From positions 48,253,845 to 48,298,303 of the forward strand of contig NC_068997.1 in the NCBI RefSeq assembly GCF_001194135.2: 44,459 nt of DNA. Direction: 5' to 3'. The stretch is from Octopus bimaculoides. Lineage: Eukaryota. Positions within the stretch are counted from its first letter, which is position 1; every line of letters starts with the position of its first letter. A program made the translations under genes and the position numbers. The notes beneath the pieces were generated by a model, which ran no database searches, was not told the DNA's origin, and worked only from the letters and a program-made list of their open reading frames with translations. Positions 24,553-35,869 of this stretch are shown in pieces.

Positions 24553-24630
<78 letters not shown>
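24477..24630. repeat. (TTA)(CAT)(CCT)(CAT)(GTA) compound trinucleotide repeat
   Basis: Direct reading. Confidence 0.95.
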
Positions 24631-24890
24631 TATCAAAGACTTTGGTTCTGAAGAATGGAGTTAATAAAACCGAAAGTTAAGTTTTGGATCCATCAAATGA
24701 ATTCCAAGCTGCATTGAAAGACATAATTTCTTCAGCCATTCAAGTAAATATTGTGGTAAATGTATGGCTTCTGTTTATCTTCCAAAATATGGATCCTACT
24801 TAAAGCAACAAACGAAATACCCGTCGAGTGAGCTTTCATGTGGTAACATGGTGTGTTAGAAATAGATGTGAGAGAAGTTAGAAATTTCAC

Positions 24891-25133
24891 ACAGCCCTTC
24901 TTCCTAGCTCTCCTGTGTGACCCCTCTGTCCGTCATTCACCATGATAGATCGCTAACCACTAAACCTTTTTTATTTTCCCTCCTTTGTTATTTCTGTGTT
25001 CCTTTCTGTTGAAGAGCGTAGGCTCGAAACGTAAAAGACTTTCTCACTTCTCGAGCGTTAAACTAATACATCTGTTTGTTGTTTACACACTCGTCTTCGT
25101 CTTGTTTTTTGTAAATTCTCACTATATATATAT
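24891..25133 (+). mobile_element. Dispersed repeat family R5 carrying a hammerhead-fold motif
   Basis: Homologous by eye (about 80%) to the reverse complement of 27553-27773. Confidence 0.75.
25002..25037 (+). ncRNA. Variant minimal hammerhead fold (A6-to-U core)
   Basis: CUUU | CUGUUGA A | GAGC-GUAG-GCUC | GAAA CG UA | AAAG. Confidence 0.45.
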
Positions 25134-25571
25134 ATGTACGTTTGTGTGTGCGTGCGCGCGCGCGTGTGTTTGTGTGTGTGCTTGTGTGTAGTGTGTGTGT
25201 GTTTGTGTGTGTGNNNNNNNNNNNNNNNNNNNNNNNNNNNNNNNNNNNNNNNNNNNNNNNNNNNNNNNNNNNNNNNNNNNNNNNNNNNNNNNNNNNNNNN
25301 NNNNNNNNNNNNNNNNNNNNNNNNNNNNNNNNNNNNNNNNNNNNNNNNNNNNNNNNNNNNNNNNNNNNNNNNNNNNNNNNNNNNNNNNNNNNNNNNNNNN
25401 NNNNNNNNNNNNNNNNNNNNNNNNNNNNNNNNNNNNNNNNNNNNNNNNNNNNNNNNNNNNNNNNNNNNNNNNNNNNNNNNNNNNNNNNNNNNNNNNNNNN
25501 NNNNNNNNNNNNNNNNNNNNNNNNNNNNNNNNNNNNNNNNNNNNNNNNNNNNNNNNNNNNNNNNNNNNNNN

Positions 25572-25633
<62 letters not shown>

Positions 25634-25714
25634 TGCGTGCACGAACTTGTACTCATATATTTTGTATTAAAAAGTCGGAGATCGCAACCAGATACCAGAA
25701 TAATGGACTACAAC

Positions 25715-25744
25715 ACCGACAACAACAACGACTACAACAATTTC

Positions 25745-25781
<37 letters not shown>

Positions 25782-25843
25782 TTTGATATTATTTATTATT
25801 ATTATTACTATTATCATTATTATTATTATTATTATTTTTGACA

Positions 25844-25882
<39 letters not shown>

Positions 25883-25920
25883 GTTGTTGTTATTATTACT
25901 GATAATAATATTAATAATAT
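25715..25920. repeat. (CAA)/(TAT)n microsatellites
   Basis: Direct reading. Confidence 0.93.
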
Positions 25921-26219
25921 ATTGATGTTGACACAAGCAACAAGACGTAGTCGACAATCGAAGTGATTTTGCCTGCCATCTGCCGTAAGTCACATGCATT
26001 GATTCTATCCGGCCGTTCTGCAGAAATATCTTTACTGTCAGTGCCACCTGCATTCTAGAATCTTCTCTATAGAAAGGACAGACCAAGCCTTTCTAATAAT
26101 GGTGCATTATTTGTGCTGGTGACAACAGATAAAAATGCACTTTTTTTTGTTAAATTGACATATTGTACTAAAATCACTTCTATAGATGGATGATGGCACA
26201 GCGAGTTCCGTCCGATCGT

Positions 26220-26338
26220 GGTGATGATGATGATGATGACGATGATGGTGATGAAGAAGAAGAAGAAGAAGAAGAAGAAGAAGAAGAAGAAGAAGAAGAA
26301 GAAGAAGAAGAAGAAGAAGAAGAAGAAGAAGAAGAAGA
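26220..26338. repeat. (GAT)n-(GAA)n microsatellite ending at gap 26339-26590
   Basis: Direct reading. Confidence 0.96.
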
Positions 26339-26590
26339 NNNNNNNNNNNNNNNNNNNNNNNNNNNNNNNNNNNNNNNNNNNNNNNNNNNNNNNNNNNNNN
26401 NNNNNNNNNNNNNNNNNNNNNNNNNNNNNNNNNNNNNNNNNNNNNNNNNNNNNNNNNNNNNNNNNNNNNNNNNNNNNNNNNNNNNNNNNNNNNNNNNNNN
26501 NNNNNNNNNNNNNNNNNNNNNNNNNNNNNNNNNNNNNNNNNNNNNNNNNNNNNNNNNNNNNNNNNNNNNNNNNNNNNNNNNNNNNNNNNN

Positions 26591-26632
<42 letters not shown>

Positions 26633-26672
26633 GTACACACACACGCATAGACATGCATGCACACATAGCCTT

Positions 26673-26703
<31 letters not shown>

Positions 26704-27254
26704 CACTTACATAAATACAAAAACGCATACACAGACACAAAAATATATAGAGAGAAAGAGATCGAAGCAAAAGTAATGGACCTGTTCATACGTACATATG
26801 TACATTAGAATTACATTACACACACACACGTTTGTATGAATATGTTTTCTCTGCAAACGTCTCTCCATACTTACTCAACAAATGTACTGATACACATTTA
26901 TATCAATGGAGCTAATGGGGACTTAGATGGAGAGAAAGAAGTGTACAGGTGAAAATAACAGGCATACAGTGTACCCATTAGAGGCGAATTTTATTTGTTT
27001 ACCAACTCAATTATATACACAATACGTTGCGACTCCCCTCTTCCTACCTTAACTTCACAATTCACTGAACATAGTGCAATTGAAAGCTCATCTAATATAA
27101 TATTTCCTCTCAACATAGAAAAAAAAAATAACATATCTATCACTTTTATTCAAAACGTACCCGAAAATGTCATTCAAGTGCCTTTAAAGAATATGAACGG
27201 CTCAACATTACGTTGGTTAACAGCCTTTGAATGCGTCCATGTGTTTGTATCATA

Positions 27255-27400
<146 letters not shown>

Positions 27401-27552
27401 CATACAAGCATGTGAATAAGATATGCATACAATATATACATTTCATATACCTCTGCGTGGTTTAGCTCCGTTTCCTATGGTAACTGTCCGAATACTTATT
27501 GATCAGACCGGGTATTATATACATACATACATCGATGCATTGAAGATACAGG

Positions 27553-27773
27553 GAGAATTCAGAAAAAAAAAACAAAAGACGAAGACAGGTGGTGTAGAAA
27601 ACAAACATATGTATTAGTATAACGCTCGGGAATTGAAAAAGTGTTTAACGCTTCGAGTCCACGCTCTTCCACAGAAAGGAACACGGAAGGAAACAAGGAG
27701 AGAAACAAGGAGAGAAAAAAAATGTGTGTAGTGGTTAGCGATCTATCATGGCGAATGCCGGATAGAAGGGTCA
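27553..27773 (-). mobile_element. Second R5 copy, reverse orientation, more decayed
   Basis: Reverse complement contains CCTTT CTGTGGA A GAGC GTGG ACTC GAAG CGTT AAAC (27679-27643) and CATGATAGATCGCTAACCAC. Confidence 0.75.
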
Positions 27774-27972
27774 CATATATATATATGTATATATTTATGT
27801 ATATGTTTATGTTAATATATATATATATGTATGTATATATATATGTATATATATATATGTTGTTGTACTTGGGGATGGTCATATTGCCAGTTTAGCCAAT
27901 AAAAATACACGCACTGTATATTTGGCGTTAATTTGCTTCAGCTTTATATTACATTAATCTTAATTTTATTTC

Positions 27973-28017
27973 GGCCAGAGTTCTTTCGTCACACTTCTGT
28001 GACCTCATCAGTGGTCC
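27973..28017 (-). ncRNA. Minimal type I hammerhead ribozyme with canonical core (Penelope-like element type)
   Basis: Minus strand: GGACCA | CUGAUGA G | GUCACA-GAAG-UGUGAC | GAAA GAAC UC | UGGCC. AAUAAA follows at 27970-27965. Confidence 0.75.
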
Positions 28018-28077
28018 TTTGTTTCCTTCCTTCTTATGTGTGTCTCACCTTGCTAAATATCAGCCATTTTCTATATA

Positions 28078-28110
<33 letters not shown>

Positions 28111-28111
28111 A

Positions 28112-28322
28112 TGTGACAAAAACAAATTTAATTTGGTTGGCCCCGATAGTAGACAGTTTCTGAGACGTCGTAAAGGTGAAAGATTGCTCGCTAAATGCAT
28201 GAAAAAATCAGTGAAGTTTGGAGGTGGGAGTTTAATGGTGTGGGGAATGATCTCTGCAGTAGGCGTTAGGATTTTCATTCGGACCCATGGTAATGTGAAT
28301 GCAGCCATATGCAAAAACATCT
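28112..28322 (+). mobile_element. Tc1-family transposase fragment (first catalytic D region)
   Basis: CDKNKFNLVGPDSRQFLRRRKGERLLAKCMKKSVKFGGGSLMVWGMISAVG, matching the SDESKF...VKFGGGSVMVWG motif. Confidence 0.88.
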
Positions 28323-28573
28323 CCACCTCGTCAGCCAATTTACTCTCTTTCTCTCTCACACACACACAATCACACGCACACTCGCGCGCGCGCTTCTAAA
28401 TGTACCTGCTAATTCACAATTACGTTTATGTTGGTGATGAAAATATCGTGCCAACATTTTTTTTAAACGTTCTGGCGTTTTTTTTTTTTTTAAATAATAA
28501 ACAATGCAAAAACCATTGAGGTAATATTTTTATTTAATTTTATTAGGTTTTATTGAATTTCAAAATTTCTTGA

Positions 28574-29015
28574 TAGGATGCGGGAGTGGCTGTGTGGTAA
28601 GTAGCTTGCTTACGAACCACATGGTTCTGGGTTCAGTCCCACTGCGTGGCACCTTTGGCAAGTGTCTTCTACTATAGCCTCGGGCCGACGAAAGCCTTGT
28701 GAGTGGATTTGGTAAACGGAAACTGAAAGAAGCCCGTCGTATATATATATACGTATGTATGTATGTATGTATGTATGTATGTGTGTGTATATGTTTGTGT
28801 GTCTGTGTTTGTCCCCCCCAACATCGCTTGACAACCGATGTGGGTGTGTTTACGTCCCCGTAACTTAGCGGTTTGGCAAAAGAGACCGATAGAATAAGTA
28901 CTAGGCTTCCAAAGAATAAGTCCTGGGGTCGATTTGCTCGACTAAAGGCGGTGCTCCAGCATGGCCGCAGTCAAATGACCAAAACAAATAAAAGAGAGTA
29001 AAGAGTAAAAGAGTA
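28574..29015 (+). mobile_element. SINE S2, full length, with internal (TA)/(GTAT) microsatellite
   Basis: GGAGTGGCTGTGTGGTAAG head, GGGTTCAGTCCC B-box-like motif, tail ending in (AAAGAGT)n. Close to the inverted copy at 33590-33837. Confidence 0.9.
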
Positions 29016-29099
29016 TTTCCTCGAAGAAGGAAGAGTAACCTTGGCAAAAAACAAAAAAAAAAAACAAGAAATGCTTTTGCTATACGTTCACTGCATTTA

Positions 29100-29404
29100 A
29101 ACGAGAGAGCTGAACAAGCTGACCCTTGGCGTGCACGCGCTGCTGGCCTCTACATCAGTGGCTAGGGCCTCAGAAACCCCTGAACAAGCTGACCGTCGGC
29201 GGCGTGCACGCGATGCTGCTTCCAAGTCAAATAGCCATGCTATAGAAACAGTTAAAAGCTATAGCGTCTCAGGAATATTTAATGCCTTAACCAAAATTAA
29301 CAACCCCCGTACACTCAACGAAAATCTCCACAACTTAATACAGTCCATGTTAAATCTCTTCACCTATACAAACCGTGTTCAATGGACGGGGTGTCGTCTG
29401 CTAG
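29100..29404 (+). mobile_element. Probable non-autonomous Helitron relic
   Basis: Two ~70-bp repeats encode ARASETPEQADRRRRARDAAS, resembling the charged N-terminal repeats of Rep/helicase ORFs. Imperfect CCGT...ACGG hairpin, then CTAG at 29401-29404; the next base is A rather than the expected T. Confidence 0.5.
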
Positions 29405-29780
29405 AATATATATNNNNNNNNNNNNNNNNNNNNNNNNNNNNNNNNNNNNNNNNNNNNNNNNNNNNNNNNNNNNNNNNNNNNNNNNNNNNNNNNNNNNNNN
29501 NNNNNNNNNNNNNNNNNNNNNNNNNNNNNNNNNNNNNNNNNNNNNNNNNNNNNNNNNNNNNNNNNNNNNNNNNNNNNNNNNNNNNNNNNNNNNNNNNNNN
29601 NNNNNNNNNNNNNNNNNNNNNNNNNNNNNNNNNNNNNNNNNNNNNNNNNNNNNNNNNNNNNNNNNNNNNNNNNNNNNNNNNNNNNNNNNNNNNNNNNNNN
29701 NNNNNNNNNNNNNNNNNNNNNNNNNNNNNNNNNNNNNNNNNNNNNNNNNNNNNNNNNNNNNNNNNNNNNNNNNNNNNNNT

Positions 29781-29990
29781 CTCTTTCTCTCTGTCTCTCG
29801 CTCTCTTTCTCTCGCTCTCTTTCTCTCGGTCTGTTTCTCTCGCTCTCTTTCTCTCGCTCTCTTTCTCTCGGTCTGTTTCTCTCGCTCTCTTTCTCTCTGT
29901 CTCTCGCTCTCTTTCTCTCGGTCTGTTTCTCTCGGTCTGTTTCTCTCTGTCTCTCGCTCTCTTTCTCTCTGTCTCTCGCTCACTCACTCA
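29781..29990. repeat. CT-rich minisatellite built from 14-nt variants
   Basis: Units CTCGCTCTCTTTCT and CTCGGTCTGTTTCT, plus an 8-nt CTCTGTCT. Confidence 0.85.
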
Positions 29991-30161
29991 CTCACTCACA
30001 CACACATACATACATACACACACACACACACAAATCTCTAGACAACCGAACTATTCCTTTTTCACTGTTTCTGAGCAGACGATACAGAAGTTATCGTCTG
30101 CTAAAATACTCAGAGTCAAAACACTTCTCTTTTCACGAAGACGACGTTTCAAGTCAACAAT

Positions 30162-30558
30162 TGAAGGTGAAGTACCTTATTAACTTATTTTTTATTATTT
30201 ACAAAATTATAATCACTCATGCATTTATCTCAAAGTTACAAAGACAAATTTCTAAAGGGGAAATTTCTATCATTTAGTATCTTATCCCTTTCGGTGTTGT
30301 AATTTTCCGATACGTTCAGTTTACTAAACCATCTACGGTTTAAACTGAAGGTGAAGTCCCTTACTGAATTTCGTTTTTATTATTTACAAAATTATAATCA
30401 CTCATTCATCTATCTCAAAGTTAGAAAGACAAATTTCTAAAGGGGAAATTTCTATCATTTTTTTTATCTTATCCCTTTCGGTGTTGTAATTTTCCGTCAC
30501 GTTCAGTTCACTAAACCATCTACAGTTTAAACTGAAGGTGAAGTCCCTTACTGAATTT
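30162..30558. repeat. Tandem repeat of ~185 bp, about 2.1 copies
   Basis: TGAAGGTGAAGT recurs at 30162, 30346 and 30533. The units differ by scattered substitutions and indels. Confidence 0.92.
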
Positions 30559-30747
30559 ATTGAAAAATATTCAACGGTTAGATTAATTTATTAGTTCACC
30601 GAATTAGTAAAGTCATGGATAATATTAACTGTATGTTCAGAGCTGTGTTATTTTTGCTCAAAAACAACAGAAATTGCCGAAATCTTCGGGAAGATATAGT
30701 TCTATATTTAAGAGATGAGGAATTCTGTACATTATTTACATAATTTA

Positions 30748-30923
30748 TTTCAGTCGTCGGACTGCGGCTATGCTGGGGTTACTGCTTGAAAGGGTTTACT
30801 CGGATGAACCGACCCCAGTATTAATTTTATGCTATAAGTCTGTCACTTACTATTTTCAGTCTTGTTGGGACGTAAACACAACAAAACCGGTTGTCAATTG
30901 GTGGTGGACGGACAAACACACAC

Positions 30924-30925
<2 letters not shown>
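30748..30925 (-). mobile_element. Old SINE S2 tail
   Basis: TTTCAGTC...ACTGCGGCTATGCTGGGG...GACCCCAGTA...GGACGTAAACACA...GGACAAACACA. Confidence 0.7.
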
Positions 30926-30986
<61 letters not shown>

Positions 30987-32229
30987 NNNNNNNNNNNNNN
31001 NNNNNNNNNNNNNNNNNNNNNNNNNNNNNNNNNNNNNNNNNNNNNNNNNNNNNNNNNNNNNNNNNNNNNNNNNNNNNNNNNNNNNNNNNNNNNNNNNNNN
31101 NNNNNNNNNNNNNNNNNNNNNNNNNNNNNNNNNNNNNNNNNNNNNNNNNNNNNNNNNNNNNNNNNNNNNNNNNNNNNNNNNNNNNNNNNNNNNNNNNNNN
31201 NNNNNNNNNNNNNNNNNNNNNNNNNNNNNNNNNNNNNNNNNNNNNNNNNNNNNNNNNNNNNNNNNNNNNNNNNNNNNNNNNNNNNNNNNNNNNNNNNNNN
31301 NNNNNNNNNNNNNNNNNNNNNNNNNNNNNNNNNNNNNNNNNNNNNNNNNNNNNNNNNNNNNNNNNNNNNNNNNNNNNNNNNNNNNNNNNNNNNNNNNNNN
31401 NNNNNNNNNNNNNNNNNNNNNNNNNNNNNNNNNNNNNNNNNNNNNNNNNNNNNNNNNNNNNNNNNNNNNNNNNNNNNNNNNNNNNNNNNNNNNNNNNNNN
31501 NNNNNNNNNNNNNNNNNNNNNNNNNNNNNNNNNNNNNNNNNNNNNNNNNNNNNNNNNNNNNNNNNNNNNNNNNNNNNNNNNNNNNNNNNNNNNNNNNNNN
31601 NNNNNNNNNNNNNNNNNNNNNNNNNNNNNNNNNNNNNNNNNNNNNNNNNNNNNNNNNNNNNNNNNNNNNNNNNNNNNNNNNNNNNNNNNNNNNNNNNNNN
31701 NNNNNNNNNNNNNNNNNNNNNNNNNNNNNNNNNNNNNNNNNNNNNNNNNNNNNNNNNNNNNNNNNNNNNNNNNNNNNNNNNNNNNNNNNNNNNNNNNNNN
31801 NNNCAGAGAATGCAAAGAACGATATTTCACCTTTTCACCAAAAATAAAGATTGTATTTTGGATCCATTCAACTATTTCGAAAATTTTGAGAATATCGTAA
31901 TTACCAAACCAGTTCTATGGAACCATCTAATTAATTTTTTTAATATTTTTTAATAGTATATTGTATTTATTTTATTATATTTTATTGTTAATTTACATTA
32001 AAAAAAATTTTTTCACGAAGAAATTATATATTTGGAGTCATTTAGAAGATTTCCAAATATTAGAAAAAATTTCTCTCACGCAACCATTCTATGGTGCTAA
32101 CCAAAATATGTTCCTAATTTAGCAAGAATTGTGATAGTTTTTTTATTTATTGTACAAAAAAATTTGTTCTACGTTTAGAATTTCTTCTAAAATATTGATG
32201 ACAAATTGATATTTCTTGTAATTGTTTTT

Positions 32230-32578
32230 GTTGATGATGACAACGATAGCGACAACGACGATGACGACGATGATAATAAAGTAGTTGATCAGAATAACAT
32301 GGATGCTGGCGATGGAGGTGATGATGAGAATTAGGAAGAGGGTTAGCAGGGGGAGTGTGTGGATGAAGATGACAGTGAGGTGGGTGGTAGTGGCAATTGG
32401 GGTTAGTGATGGTTGTCGGTGATGATAATTACGATGATGATGACGACGACGACGGTGACGACGATGGCAGTGGTAGTGGTAGTACTTTCCGTGGTAGTGG
32501 GGATATTGCTTATGATGATGAAGATGATGAAGATGATGACGATGACGATGATGATGATGACGAAGATGATGATAACGG
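32230..32578. repeat. (GAT)/(GAC)/(GGT) low-complexity tract
   Basis: Direct reading. Confidence 0.85.
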
Positions 32579-33589
32579 TTAGCCCCAAGGGATCTGCGAC
32601 CCAACATGTATAGCGTCTGCGCATATGTACATGATTAAATTGACCAGTAGGTGCTGTCATTGTTTAAAGCCTGTAGAATGTGATTTCAAGGAGGTTTAGG
32701 AGCAGTTTTTAGCCGCGTTGCTCGAAAGCATCTACGTCTGAGACAATTTAAATGATTCCAAAATCTTACCTGCAATTCCTAACACTCTCATGTAAGTTGT
32801 GTGAGTGTNNNNNNNNNNNNNNNNNNNNNNNNNNNNNNNNNNNNNNNNNNNNNNNNNNNNNNNNNNNNNNNNNNNNNNNNNNNNNNNNNNNNNNNNNNNN
32901 NNNNNNNNATGTATGTATGTATGTATGTATGCGTGTGTGTGAGTGTGCGTGTGTGTGTGTGTTATAATTCTCACAGAGGATTATAAAATATCTATTTGAT
33001 ATATCTGTATTGGATTTTCGAAGTGCTCCTATGATAGTTGGTCGAAATCTAACCAATCATTTTTCGTTTCAAAAGGTTTCAATAGGTTACACCTATTCGA
33101 ACATTTCGTTAGTCAGGTTCCTGCTTAAAGTCCTGCAGAAGTGATCGTTTGGATTTTATTAATCCCGTTAATTATTATTATAGATATGTACATATATGAA
33201 TGTGCATATGTATGTAGATATGTTCCCATACATATATGTTTTTGTTATCTCTGCAAACATAGTTACTGCAGATCATTAATCTAAATTACTGATTGGAAGT
33301 ATGACTTACATTTAAAGAACAACAGAAATTAAAATAGAAATACTGAAATTAAAAAAAAAATAGTTATGAATTTACTGCGTACTTAAAAGGTGCCATGCTA
33401 TTGTTTTAATATTTTACTAATTAATGTTTCATTAATTTTATTCTACTAGAACAGGGTTTTAACTAACGTATCAAAGTTAATCGTTTTAAAGCCCACAAAC
33501 TTCTTATATTACGCGTTTCTTCAACTTTTTTTTTAAATGAATGACTCAAACCAAATATTTGTGCGAACTCTTCATGTTTTCTTATCTAC

Positions 33590-33837
33590 TTTTTTACCCT
33601 TTTACCCTTTTACTTGTTTCAGTCTTTTGACTGTGGCCATGCTGGAGCACCGCCTTTAGTCGAGCAAATCGACCCCAGGACTTATTCTTTAGAAGCCTAG
33701 TACTAATTCTATCGATCTCTTTTGCCGAACCGCTAAGTTACGGGGACATAAACACACCAGCATCGGTTGTCAAGCGATGTTGGGGGGACAAACACACACA
33801 TACATACATATATATATACATATATACGACGGGCTTC
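33590..33837 (-). mobile_element. Young SINE S2 copy; 5' part lost in gap 33838-34064
   Basis: Near-identical reverse complement of 28730-29000. Confidence 0.9.
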
Positions 33838-34129
33838 NNNNNNNNNNNNNNNNNNNNNNNNNNNNNNNNNNNNNNNNNNNNNNNNNNNNNNNNNNNNNNN
33901 NNNNNNNNNNNNNNNNNNNNNNNNNNNNNNNNNNNNNNNNNNNNNNNNNNNNNNNNNNNNNNNNNNNNNNNNNNNNNNNNNNNNNNNNNNNNNNNNNNNN
34001 NNNNNNNNNNNNNNNNNNNNNNNNNNNNNNNNNNNNNNNNNNNNNNNNNNNNNNNNNNNNNNNNAATAAAGAGATCTAAAGTTGCAGGGGAGACATTTTT
34101 ATAGGTTACTCGGTTCAATTAACATATTA

Positions 34130-34470
34130 AAATACTGACTAACCTGCAGTTAATTGATACCTATAACTGATATGGGATTAAAAAAAATCTCCTTGATGTA
34201 TGAAAGAACGTTAACGAAATATGAACAATTGAATGAAAGAATTAGGATGAATGAGATCTGATAATGGGAGGCGATGGGGGGTGATACTAAGATTATAGCT
34301 TCTGCATCTCCAACATTAATGACCTTTGGCAATGACATTTTCAGGACACAAGCAAGCCTGGAGATCAAAGTAGGTTGAATCGTTATGCCGAACGGGTGAC
34401 TAGGTGACAGTTAGGTGCTAATCAAATAGGATGTAATAGGGAAATATTAATGATCTGTCATCGACACCAT
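34130..34470 (+). mobile_element. Highly decayed CR1/L2-like RT fragment
   Basis: Pieces YGIKKNLLDV*KN, ERIRMNEI**WEAMGG and FCISNINDL...FQDT...RLNRYAERVTR*QLGANQIGC occur in the order of the CR1 RT motifs. Many lesions. Confidence 0.4.
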
Positions 34471-34479
34471 GTAATGTGT

Positions 34480-34800
34480 TATTGCGCTGATCAGCTTGGT
34501 CTCAGTTTCCCAGACATCTCTAGTTTGGTTGCTAACTTCAGGAATGTCGGCTTTTTCTCAAAGGATCTTTTTAAATACATTTTGGTGATAATCTTGACAT
34601 TTTCAAATACCCTGTTGCCATCAGAGGACATTTGATAAATGTTTTATATTCAAAATGCATACTGTTTCTGCTGTGCTTTAAAAGGTGAAAGTTGTTTGTC
34701 TGTTGTCTTCCCAAGTAATTTGCTGTAATTTTTTTGTTTTGTTTTGATACACTCTCTACCATCTCCATACCATCATAATAAAACAAAGCAAAACACATGT
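34480..34800 (-). mobile_element. Highly decayed RTE-like LINE C-terminal fragment
   Basis: *RVYQNKTKKLQQITWEDNRQT...VFKKIL*EKADIPE...WET resembles RTE LERFHQRCLRKILxITWEDR...KDxLK..LKKA.IP..WE. Confidence 0.4.
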
Positions 34801-35535
34801 ATTTTTTAGCTTGTTTAACTATTTTCATTCTACTTAATATTTCTCCTCTTATTTGTCCGTTATGTTTCTGACTCTAGCATTCCATTTTCTACAACCAGTG
34901 TTTTTGTAAAGAAATTAAACTCCGGAGCGAACCTTAAACTACAATCGCATAAAATACGTTTTTCCACGCTTCAAACCATTTCTGCTACTGCTTAAACACT
35001 TTTTCTTCGGTCAATATCTACTAAACAAAATATGTAACAAATCAATATTAACTGTCAGTTATGTATATATGGTCATTTTCACATACCACTCTTCCTTTTT
35101 ATATCAGACCTAAGCAGATCTTTATGAATTAAGAACAATTCCATCAAACTGATGCATATGACACTGTAACTACATTAACACACGCTTTATTACAGTACTT
35201 TATTACAGTAGTGAATTTTCTTTTTCTCTGTTCACTGTCCTAATATTTAAATTTGATGAAGTCTTGATCTATCAGTCTGTTGTATTGGCAACTTGATACT
35301 AAATCAAAGAAGGTAATTTGACATGTCTTTCATCTACAATCTCCATCTACTGATTTCTCTTCATACGTTTATAATTCTGATAATATGCAACTTCATTTCC
35401 ACCACATCACATATTGGAAGTTCTAAAGAATCTATCATAATAACGTTATCTGATGAGAATCGTGGAGAGTAAATCGTTTCATAAAGTTACTTATTGTATG
35501 TATTTACGCAAATTTATAAGTACAAATCAATGTGT

Positions 35536-35589
35536 ATGGTGATGAACTAGTTACTCTAGCGATTCGAAATGGTCGTAACCTTGAATAAA
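35536..35589 (+). ncRNA. Decayed hammerhead-like relic with AATAAA
   Basis: ATGGT-GATGA...CTAG/CTAG...GAAA T GGTC GTA ACC...AATAAA. The first two core bases appear to be missing. Confidence 0.25.
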
Positions 35590-35639
35590 ATTATGCAACA
35601 AAACCGTCTTCATTTTTCCGTATATATATATGCTTTTTA

Positions 35640-35837
35640 TATCCTTGTATTGGATGTATAATATAACAAAGCAGGGGCGAAGAAAGTATATACACGACAC
35701 ACTACTATTACTATTACACGATGTCTTACAAGGAACTGCTTACCAGCCCGAACTGCCAATCGCTCACAGTTTTAATTTATAACAATGAGTCAGTCCACCT
35801 TTAGTCACTTGAGGTGGGGGATCGGATTCCTTCCACA
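35640..35837 (-). repeat. LTR-A, 3' copy
   Basis: Direct repeat of 41319-41516. Sense start TGTGGAAGG; end ...AAGGATA. The start could lie up to ~25 nt further upstream. Confidence 0.85.
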
Positions 35838-35869
35838 ATATTTCCATTTTTTTGGAATCAGTCTCCTCT

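Noticed and set aside
30260-30500. Possible hammerhead in the 185-bp tandem (minus CTGAACG...CCGAAA)
   Set aside because: The core is not CUGANGA and helix I does not form.
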